Assembly: GCA_002422165.1 (NCBI GenBank)
Contig: DITQ01000008.1
Coordinates: 35,136 to 99,135 of the forward strand
Source: Candidatus Pacebacteria bacterium UBA6180
GTDB lineage: Bacteria > Patescibacteriota > Microgenomatia > UBA1400 > PJMF01
Direction of reading: 5' to 3'
DNA length: 64,000 nucleotides
Shown: piece by piece, positions 57,175 through 64,000 of the stretch
Layout: each line of letters opens with the position of its first letter
Position numbering within the stretch: the first letter of the stretch is position 1
The notes under the pieces: generated by a model
The model's input: the letters and a program-made list of their open reading frames with translations, nothing else
Database searches by the model: none
What the model was told of the DNA's origin: nothing
Program-made: the position numbers and the translations under genes

Positions 57175-57813
57175 TTATTGGAAAAGTCTGGGTCGGCCCA
57201 GTTTGTAATTGAGGTTTTTAGTTGCTCTCTCACCAATTTCTTTAGCTGGAACGCCAGCGACAATTTTCATGGGTGCGACATCTTTGGTGACCACTGAGCC
57301 AGCGGCGACGATGGCGCCTTTACCAATGCTGACTCCTGGTAAAATGATTGAACGCGGACCGATGAAAACATAATCGCCGACGGTGACTTTTTCTTCGATG
57401 GTGGCCATGTTGTCGGAGTGGATATCGTGCTGACTGGTCCAAAGCATTACTTCGGAGGCGATGTCGACATGACTTCCAATTAGCAGGCCGCCGCGAGAAT
57501 TTTTGAGTTGGCGGCGGCCATCAAGAGTGGCTTTTTCACCAATTAGTGTACCCTCCCCGATTTCGATACCTCTAGGATAGTAGACACGTCCGCCCATATG
57601 GATGGTGGACTTGCGGCCAATTTTTATGCCTGCCAGTTTGTAGCAAAAGCGGCGAAAAGTGTGAGATGGCACATAGCCGACAACCCACCAAAGCAAGCCG
57701 GTTACGAACTCGAGGTGAACTGTGCGGCAGCGGTTGATGATTTTTTCGATAACTTCTGCAGGAGTAAGGGCTCGACCGTCTTTGTCTGTAATTAGCATGA
57801 AATTAGTATACAA
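57175..57813 (-). CDS. Hexapeptide-repeat (LbH) acyltransferase, putative sugar O-acetyltransferase
   Basis: Repeated [LIV]-G-x-x-x-x hexapeptides (…IGEGTLIGEKATL…IGSHVDIAS…IGPRSIILPGVSIGKGAIVAAGSVV…). Confidence 0.75.
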   Translation of the reverse strand: MYTNFMLITDKDGRALTPAEVIEKIINRCRTVHLEFVTGLLWWVVGYVPSHTFRRFCYKLAGIKIGRKSTIHMGGRVYYPRGIEIGEGTLIGEKATLDGRRQLKNSRGGLLIGSHVDIASEVMLWTSQHDIHSDNMATIEEKVTVGDYVFIGPRSIILPGVSIGKGAIVAAGSVVTKDVAPMKIVAGVPAKEIGERATKNLNYKLGRPRLFQ

Positions 57814-57816
57814 CAG

Positions 57817-58836
57817 CTAGGCTTTTTCTGGAAATTTGACTCCAAAGTGCTTATAAGCCTGCTCACTCAGCACTCTCCCAGTCGAGGTTCGTTTGATGAA
57901 GCCGATTTGAATCAGGAAGGGTTCCAAGACCTCTTCGATGGTCCCTGGGTCTTCGTTGATTGAGGCTGAGAGAGTTTTGAGGCCGACGGGGCCACCTTGG
58001 TGTTTGTCGATCATTGCCATAATTAGACGGCGGTCGTTTTCGTCTAGTCCTACACGGTCGATCTCGAAGATGCTCAGGGCTTGCTGGACCAGATCGAGAG
58101 TGATGCTTTTTTTCTCTAGTACTTGAGCAAAATCGCGCACTCGCTTGAAAAGCTTGAGGGCGATGCGCGGAGTGCCGCGGGAACGCTCAGCGATGGCCAG
58201 AGCTGCTGTTTTTTCCAGAGTAGCGCCTAGTTTGACACTAGCGAACTGCAGGATGTCTGTCAGATCTGTGGGCTGGTAAAATTCGACGCGGTGAATCAAG
58301 CCAAAACGGTCACGAAAGGGCCCAGTTAGAAGGCCAAAACGAGTAGTGGCGCCCACTAGAGTAAATTTAGCTAAGTCCAGGCGAACGGTGCGAGCCGAAG
58401 GACCTTTGCCGATGACGATGTCCAAAGCAAAATCTTCCATGGCTGGATAGAGGGTTTCCTCGACGGCTTTGGGAAGGCGGTGAATTTCGTCGATGAAGAG
58501 TACGTCGCCATCTTCCAAATTGGTCAGAATGGCGGCCAAATCACCAGCTTTGGAAAGTGCGGTCCCGGAGGTGACTTTGAAATTGCTACCCATTTCTTTG
58601 GCGATTAGCTGAGAAAGGGTGGTTTTGCCAAGGCCGGGTGGGCCGTAGAAAAGCACATGGTCGACCGCCTCGTGACGTTGACGAGCGGCTTTAATGGCAA
58701 TCTGCAGAGATTTCTTGATGTTGGCTTGGCCAGTGAACTCTTGCCAGCTTTGAGCGCGAAGTGAAGTGAAAAGCATTTCTTCGTCGGTGCTGGAGAGGTT
58801 GGGCGCGGTGATTATTTTGGGTTTGGCTTGTGGCAT
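57817..58836 (-). CDS. ruvB: Holliday junction branch-migration helicase RuvB
   Basis: Walker A GPPGLGKTT. AAA+ and winged-helix regions. Confidence 0.95.
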   Translation of the reverse strand: MPQAKPKIITAPNLSSTDEEMLFTSLRAQSWQEFTGQANIKKSLQIAIKAARQRHEAVDHVLFYGPPGLGKTTLSQLIAKEMGSNFKVTSGTALSKAGDLAAILTNLEDGDVLFIDEIHRLPKAVEETLYPAMEDFALDIVIGKGPSARTVRLDLAKFTLVGATTRFGLLTGPFRDRFGLIHRVEFYQPTDLTDILQFASVKLGATLEKTAALAIAERSRGTPRIALKLFKRVRDFAQVLEKKSITLDLVQQALSIFEIDRVGLDENDRRLIMAMIDKHQGGPVGLKTLSASINEDPGTIEEVLEPFLIQIGFIKRTSTGRVLSEQAYKHFGVKFPEKA

Positions 58837-59409
58837 TTATTTAGTAGAGTGCATTTTGATAACGGTTTTAATCGCTACCTGTAAATCCATATTTTCCAGA
58901 TCTAGCGTGGCTAGCGTAGTTTGGACGGTGTTTTCCTCGAAACCGAGACTGAGTAGGGCATCCATGACATCCTGAGCCTTTGGCGTCAGGGTGCTTAAGT
59001 TGAGTTCCTTGAGGCTGCCGAGCTTACTCTTGAGTTCGATGATGATTTTTTGAGCCAGTTTCTTGCCGACGCGCGGCACACTAGTAAAAAAACTAGTTTG
59101 GGCTTGCTGGACAGCATCAATTAATTTATCAGTGCCAGCGTCTGCCAGAGCGACGGCGGTCTTGGGTCCAACGCCAGAGATGGCGATTAGCAGCTTAAAA
59201 ATAGCCAAGTCCTCTTCCCGCTCGAAGCCGTAGAGCTCGAAGCGATCTTCCTTGATATGGCTGTAGATATAGAGGGCGATTTCTTGGCCATCGCCAGTTA
59301 AAGAGCTGAGAAGCTTGTGGCCCACAGTCACTAAATAGCCGACCCCGGCGGTGAGGACGATGAGGTGATCTTTTTTGACCAGAGCTTGACCTTGGAGATA
59401 AGCGATCAT
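58837..59409 (-). CDS. ruvA: Holliday junction DNA helicase RuvA
   Basis: MIAYLQGQ… OB domain plus HhH motifs. Confidence 0.9.
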   Translation of the reverse strand: MIAYLQGQALVKKDHLIVLTAGVGYLVTVGHKLLSSLTGDGQEIALYIYSHIKEDRFELYGFEREEDLAIFKLLIAISGVGPKTAVALADAGTDKLIDAVQQAQTSFFTSVPRVGKKLAQKIIIELKSKLGSLKELNLSTLTPKAQDVMDALLSLGFEENTVQTTLATLDLENMDLQVAIKTVIKMHSTK

Positions 59410-59413
59410 AATT

Positions 59414-59905
59414 TTAGTTTTTTTCTATTTTTCTGGAAGCCTGGTGACAAATCATCGTGGCCAAAGCATCGATGGTATCGTCCATAATTTTACCCTCCAG
59501 AGCTAATTCAAGGCGCACCATCTTTTCTACCGCTTTTTTGTCGGCCCGTCCATAGCCAGTTAGACTCTGTTTGATCTGCAAAGGAGTATATTCAGAGATT
59601 TTGACGCCATGGCGGAGCAAAGTGGCGATGATCACGCCACGTGCTTCGCTGACGGGCAAAGCGGTGCTTTGGTTTTTGAACCAAAAAAGTGATTCGATAC
59701 CTGCCTCGCTTATTTGATATTTGAGAATTAAAGCTTCGAGCTCAGTGGCAATTTGCAGATAGCGAGTGAAAAGAGAGGCTTTTTTGTCAGTTTGGATGCA
59801 CTGATAAGCAAGGAGTTGCCAGGCTGAGGCATTTTTTTGACCAATGGCCAGTCCGACCCGGTCATAGCCGGGGTCGATGCCGATGATGATGGGGTTAGCT
59901 GACAT
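59414..59905 (-). CDS. ruvC: Crossover junction endodeoxyribonuclease RuvC
   Basis: IIGIDPGYDRVGLA catalytic N-terminus. Start set at ATG 59905 (MSANPIIIG…). ORF-track GTG 59953 rejected. Overlaps the upstream GT4 stop. Confidence 0.85.
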   Translation of the reverse strand: MSANPIIIGIDPGYDRVGLAIGQKNASAWQLLAYQCIQTDKKASLFTRYLQIATELEALILKYQISEAGIESLFWFKNQSTALPVSEARGVIIATLLRHGVKISEYTPLQIKQSLTGYGRADKKAVEKMVRLELALEGKIMDDTIDALATMICHQASRKIEKN

Positions 59906-61070
59906 TTTTACTCTTTTCTTCGAGGACTTTGAAAATAATTTTCGCTGCTTCACGCCAAGAAAATTTCCTGATTTGGCGCTGCATGGCAGTTTTGGCTTTG
60001 AGCTGTTCTTTGTGAGTCATTTGGTAAGCCTTGAGCATGGCATCGCTGATGGCCTGTGGATTGTTGTCTTTGACTAGTAGACCGGCTTGGCCGACAACTT
60101 CTGGCAAACTTGAGTTATTGGCAACGATGGGGATAGTGCCAGCCTGCATCGATTCGAGGGCAGGGATACCGAAGCCTTCATAGCGAGAAACTAGCAAGCT
60201 AGCGATCGCATTCTGGTAGAGGGCACGCTTGAAGCGATCGTCGACGAAGCCAGTTAGGATAATTTTTTTGCTAAAAGGTGAGTTTTTGATGCGAGCTAAA
60301 ATATCGTCGGCTAACCAGCCAACTTTGCCAGCGATGAGCAGATCTGGCTCTTTGGGTTGGCGCTTATTTGCTTTTTTGGTGCGCAAATTAGCCGCGGCGA
60401 GTTTACGTAAAAAAACCTCATAAGCGTCGATGATGCCGGTAATGTTTTTGCGCGGCTGAATGGTGCCCAGGTAGAGAAAATATTTGTTGTGGATGCTGTG
60501 ATTTTTGAAGAATTGCCGTGTTTGCTCGATGGGTGCGCTGGTTGTAAATTGAAAAGAGGGATAAGCGACGATCACATCTTTGTCTTCTCGCCCATAATGC
60601 TTGAGGATTTCTTGCTTGGAGAATTTTGAGATGGTGATGATTTTTTGAGCGTTTTTGACACTGTACTTGGTCCAATTTTTGAGTTGCAGTAGGTCGTGGC
60701 GGCGAAATTGCTTGGGATAGTGCAGGTAAGCCAGATCCATGACGCTGCTGACATATGGGACGCTAGAAATTCTCGGAGCATAGTGAGAAGGGGTGAAAAA
60801 GATCTGGTAGTCATTCTGGTGTAGGAACAGATGAATTGGCAATGCCCACTGCGTCCAAAGCTTCTGCGGACCGACGATCATGTAGCGCCAATTAGGGCGA
60901 GCGGTGGGCAGATCGGCTAGTTTTTTACTAGAGAGTAGGACGGTCACGTCCAGGTTTTTGCGAGTGGCGGTCAATTTGTAGAGCTCAGTCAAAATGGCAA
61001 AAGCGTAGGTGTTGCTGCCGACGCGGTTTTTGACATTGGCTTCGTTGCCATCGATGGCTATTTTGATCAT
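59895..61070 (-). CDS. Glycosyltransferase family 4
   Basis: …YEGFGIPALESMQAGTIPIV…. Confidence 0.8.
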   Translation of the reverse strand: MIKIAIDGNEANVKNRVGSNTYAFAILTELYKLTATRKNLDVTVLLSSKKLADLPTARPNWRYMIVGPQKLWTQWALPIHLFLHQNDYQIFFTPSHYAPRISSVPYVSSVMDLAYLHYPKQFRRHDLLQLKNWTKYSVKNAQKIITISKFSKQEILKHYGREDKDVIVAYPSFQFTTSAPIEQTRQFFKNHSIHNKYFLYLGTIQPRKNITGIIDAYEVFLRKLAAANLRTKKANKRQPKEPDLLIAGKVGWLADDILARIKNSPFSKKIILTGFVDDRFKRALYQNAIASLLVSRYEGFGIPALESMQAGTIPIVANNSSLPEVVGQAGLLVKDNNPQAISDAMLKAYQMTHKEQLKAKTAMQRQIRKFSWREAAKIIFKVLEEKSKNVS

Positions 61071-61072
61071 AG

Positions 61073-62218
61073 TTAGGCCCCAAAGTCCTCAATAGCTCGT
61101 CTGTAAACATCTAAGGTTTGACGGGCGGTTTTTTGCCAGTTGAAAAGTTGTAAGCGAATAATCATTTTTTGTAGGCGCGCGTCGCCGTCGGCTTTTTTTT
61201 CGGTGAGGACTTTTTCGATGCCTTGGCGGATGGTTGTTTCGTCCTCTGGGTTGACGAGCTCTGCAGCGTTGCCAGCCACTTCGCGAATGGCAGGGATGTC
61301 GGCTGCGACCACGGGCACGCCGTGAGCGAAAGCTTCCAAAATCGGCAAACCAAAACCCTCGTACAAACTGGGGTAAACAAAGAGTTCAGAGTGGTGATAA
61401 AGCACAGCCAATTCCAGATCGCTGACCCGACCCATGAAGCGCAAATTAGGGTCAGAGCTTATTTTGGCGCTAGCGTCCCAAGATTCCTCACCAGCGATGA
61501 TCAGCTGGTAGTCTTTGGCCAAAGGCAACCAGGCCCGAATCAGGCGTTCGAGGTTTTTGCGCGGCTCGCGGGTGCCGACGAAGAAGAGGTAGGGACGATC
61601 GAGCTTGAGGCGTTGTCTGATGCTTTGCACAAGCTCGCCGCGATTACCCAACTCGCGACTAATTTCAGCCACTCTGGTGGGCAAGGCTTCGTGGACGACA
61701 GTGACATGCTTCTCAGGAATTTCTAAGTAGCGTAAAATGTCTCTTTTGGTGGCCTCAGAAACAGCGATGATTTGAGCTTTGCGTTCACGCAAGGATTTCC
61801 AGGAAGCCTGGTGTCTCTTCAGCACCAGAGGGTGAGCAACTTGTGGGTAGCGAATGATGGCTAGGTCGTGAATGGTCGAAACCAGAGGTAAATTGCGATC
61901 GGGCGGTTGTAGCCAGTCCCAACTGTGAAAAACCTCGATGCCGGGCAGTTGTTGGCGAATTGGGTTGAGACCGAGGCGCCAAAGTGCAGCTAACAGGCTT
62001 GGCGGCCAAGACTGCAATTTAAGTTGGTAGCGATCAGAGACGACATTGCGCAGAGTATGGCGCAGTTCTTGGCGCAATAATTTTTGCTGGCGCAGCGAAC
62101 TGCCGTAGAGGTAGAGCTGCGTATCTTTTTCCATCGCCAAGGCCCTGACGAGATCACTAGTGTAGCGAGAGACGCCGCGCTGGTACACTAAGCTTGAAAC
62201 ATCAATCCCAATTTTCAT
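61073..62218 (-). CDS. Glycosyltransferase family 4
   Basis: …YEGFGLPILEAFAHGVPVVA…. Confidence 0.8.
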   Translation of the reverse strand: MKIGIDVSSLVYQRGVSRYTSDLVRALAMEKDTQLYLYGSSLRQQKLLRQELRHTLRNVVSDRYQLKLQSWPPSLLAALWRLGLNPIRQQLPGIEVFHSWDWLQPPDRNLPLVSTIHDLAIIRYPQVAHPLVLKRHQASWKSLRERKAQIIAVSEATKRDILRYLEIPEKHVTVVHEALPTRVAEISRELGNRGELVQSIRQRLKLDRPYLFFVGTREPRKNLERLIRAWLPLAKDYQLIIAGEESWDASAKISSDPNLRFMGRVSDLELAVLYHHSELFVYPSLYEGFGLPILEAFAHGVPVVAADIPAIREVAGNAAELVNPEDETTIRQGIEKVLTEKKADGDARLQKMIIRLQLFNWQKTARQTLDVYRRAIEDFGA

Positions 62219-63672
62219 AAGTTGCTTAAAGCCAAGTTTTCTTGACTGTAAATTCTGACAAAGCCAATCAAAGGATAGTCTAGCATGCCAGTCTGGCGGA
62301 AGCCTAGATCTAGGATGACTTGGACAAGAATGTCGTCTGGATCAGTTAGGTCGCGCAGATAGTCAAAGAGTAAGACGTAGCGATATTCGCTCAATTCTTT
62401 GAACTGCTCTGCTGGATTCTCCAAGTCATTGGCATAAAAAACGCCGCTACTTATGGTCTTAAAACCTGCCTGATCATAATGGCGCCAAGGCGCAAAAGGC
62501 TGGTCGAAGCCAAAAACTAGCACCGTCGAGTCAACCGGGAACTTGGCAGCGATTTCTTGGCTCAAGCCGCGCCAGTCCTCTCGCTGCAGAGTTGGCTGAG
62601 TCCAGTAGGCGTAGGTAGAGAATAAATTAATAATCAGGGCAGCACTGAGTAGAACTTTGGCCAAATGTGGCTTGGTTTTCTGGTAACTGATGATCAGGAA
62701 GGCCTCAAGCAAGAAAAAGAGAGGCAAAGCGAAGAGAGCTCTTTTCGCTTGCAGGACGGGGATGAAAAAGGAAAACAACCAGCTGCTGAGCAAAGGAACA
62801 AGCAAGAGATAAAGGAAAAAATGGGCTTGTGTTCGGTGCTGGCGCCAGGCTAGGTAGCTGAAATAGATAAGCGGGAGCAAGACCGCAGCGCTTAGAAATA
62901 GATAGCCGGCATTGAGCTCGAGGTCGGCGACGCCGAAGATGAATTTAAGGGGTAAGAGCAAGGCGGTTTTGAACTGCGGCAGGGAGACGACCTCTTCCCA
63001 GCCAGGCATGCTTTGGCGCAGGGCTTGGCCGGTTTGTAGCTGATCGATGAATTTGGGCAGCCAAGGCAAGAAGCCAAGAGTGGTCGCTCCAGCTAAAGCG
63101 GCGACCTTAGCGAGAGGTAGTTTGCGAGCCAGCAAATAAGCCAACTGGCCAAGTAGCAAAAAAGGATACAAGTATGAAGAATACAGACCCAAAATGGAAA
63201 AAATCGTGAACAGGGGCGCTGCCAAGCGGCGTCGCGCTAGCAACTCCATCATCTGCCAGGTCGCCAGCAAACCCCACATCGCTGGTAGGCTGTAAGGGCG
63301 CAATTCTTGAGAATAAAAAATGTGCAGTGAAGATGTGGCGAGCAGCAGGCTGGCTAGCAAAGCGGTTTTTTGGCTGAATTTGAGACTTAAGCTGAGGCGG
63401 TAAGTCGCCCAAATGGTGATTAATCCAGGCAGCAAGCTAGGTAAGAAGCGCACCCACCATTCGCTCGTGCCTAGTCCAAGTAACTCACCAAGGCGGATGC
63501 CTAGGAAAGTAATTAAATGCATTAGTGGTGGTTGAAAATCCTCACGAATATCAAATTGTTGGGCTAGTGGTCGAACGCTTTCGATAAATTGGGCGGCCTC
63601 ATCAAGCCAAAACGAAGCATTAAGCAAAGGCAAGCGCAAGGCAAGGGCTAAGATCAATATCAAATAAATCAT
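62215..63672 (-). CDS. GT-C fold membrane glycosyltransferase (PMT_2/family 39-like)
   Basis: N-terminal …LRLPLLNASFWLDEAAQF… DE motif. ~12 TM. Confidence 0.6.
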   Translation of the reverse strand: MIYLILILALALRLPLLNASFWLDEAAQFIESVRPLAQQFDIREDFQPPLMHLITFLGIRLGELLGLGTSEWWVRFLPSLLPGLITIWATYRLSLSLKFSQKTALLASLLLATSSLHIFYSQELRPYSLPAMWGLLATWQMMELLARRRLAAPLFTIFSILGLYSSYLYPFLLLGQLAYLLARKLPLAKVAALAGATTLGFLPWLPKFIDQLQTGQALRQSMPGWEEVVSLPQFKTALLLPLKFIFGVADLELNAGYLFLSAAVLLPLIYFSYLAWRQHRTQAHFFLYLLLVPLLSSWLFSFFIPVLQAKRALFALPLFFLLEAFLIISYQKTKPHLAKVLLSAALIINLFSTYAYWTQPTLQREDWRGLSQEIAAKFPVDSTVLVFGFDQPFAPWRHYDQAGFKTISSGVFYANDLENPAEQFKELSEYRYVLLFDYLRDLTDPDDILVQVILDLGFRQTGMLDYPLIGFVRIYSQENLALSNL

Positions 63673-63674
63673 GG

Positions 63675-64000
63675 TTATTCTAGGTTTCTACTCTCCTCTG
63701 TCTGAAAATAGGCAATGGTCTGCTCGAGGCCATCACGAAAAGAAATTTCTGGCTGGAAGTTGAGTAGTTCGCTGGCTTTACTGATGTCAGGTTTGCGGCG
63801 AGTTGGGTCGTCCTTGGGCAAGGTAGCAAAAACAATGTCGTCTTTAGTCACGCTAGCGTTAATAATTTTCTGGGTCAAAGCCGCGGTTTCTAGGACAGTG
63901 AATTCTTCAGGGTTGCCCAGGTTAACTGTCTCTCCTCCTAAGTTTTCACCGCTAGCCATCAGCAGAATACCGCGCACCAGATCGTTAACGTAGCAGTAAG
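63675..64000 (-). CDS. UDP-glucuronate decarboxylase (UDP-xylose synthase)-like NAD-dependent epimerase/dehydratase, C-terminal part; gene continues beyond window end
   Basis: …NLGNPEEFTVLETA…DDPTRRKPDISKASELLNFQP…LEQTIAYF… closely resembles the UXS C-terminus. The ORF-track Met is internal. Confidence 0.75.
   Translation of the reverse strand, partial: YCYVNDLVRGILLMASGENLGGETVNLGNPEEFTVLETAALTQKIINASVTKDDIVFATLPKDDPTRRKPDISKASELLNFQPEISFRDGLEQTIAYFQTEESRNLE

Noticed and set aside
59906-59953. ORF-track GTG start of ruvC (MKQRKLFSKSSKKRVK…)
   Set aside because: RuvC orthologs start at the catalytic MxxxIIGIDPG segment. ATG 59905 fits, and the extension lies inside the upstream GT4 gene.
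1-64000. Searched for CRISPR repeats, rRNA, transposase/integrase/recombinase genes and prophage blocks
   Set aside because: None found. No regularly spaced direct repeats, and no DDE/tyrosine/serine recombinase-like ORF among the translated frames.

Overview
Gene-dense, moderate-GC bacterial chromosomal window, almost entirely housekeeping. I found no rRNA, CRISPR array, transposase or integrase, and no complete known defense system; confidence that a novel multi-gene system is present is low. By gene content (split transketolase, type-2 IleRS, alpha2 GlyRS, DUF4012, many GT4/GT-C glycosyltransferases, reduced dcw cluster) it looks like a small-genome lineage, possibly Patescibacteria/CPR-like. 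That is inference only.

Layout, 5' to 3':
- 1-10.9 kb, minus strand: yibE/F-like membrane protein (partial), transketolase split into N- and C-terminal subunit genes, dnaE, a 75-aa ORF, gatCAB, htpX, lemA.
- 11.0-13.2 kb: a tRNA-punctuated patch. tRNA-Asp, a 680-bp AT-rich non-coding island, tRNA-Gly, a small multi-TM protein, an HD-domain hydrolase, a nested-inverted-repeat element, tRNA-Thr.
- 13.1-16.3 kb: Ig-like repeat membrane protein, O-antigen-ligase-like protein and flippase.
- 16.4-27.6 kb, mostly plus strand: lepB, truB (minus), then a compact division/wall cluster murB-murA-mraY-ftsW-murG-ftsQ-ftsA-ftsZ, then a TauE-like permease.
- 27.6-34.1 kb, plus strand: a T-box-like leader, ileS, csaA-like tRNA-binding protein, rodA-like SEDS protein, rplU, a UPF0020-type methyltransferase, rpmA with a clean terminator.
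- 34.1-38.4 kb: orphan parB (plus), then ftsI-ftsL-rsmH-mraZ on the minus strand.
- 38.4-43.5 kb, mixed strands: a small atypical patch. An AT-rich leaderless SAM-methyltransferase, a Bro-N/DinD-like gene with a 35-bp perfect palindrome inside its CDS, a membrane-anchored hypothetical, glyQS, and a GATase1-like pseudogene.
- 43.5-64 kb, minus strand: recO, then an unbroken ~20-kb array of glycan-biosynthesis genes (DUF4012, initiating sugar transferase, manC-like, five GT4, two GT2, two GT-C/PMT-like, Wzy-like, EamA, LbH acetyltransferase, UXS-like epimerase at the edge) with ruvCAB embedded.

The most unusual signals are the tRNA-flanked non-coding island, the MITE-like inverted-repeat elements, the ileS leader, the Bro-N intragenic palindrome and the apparently leaderless promoters.
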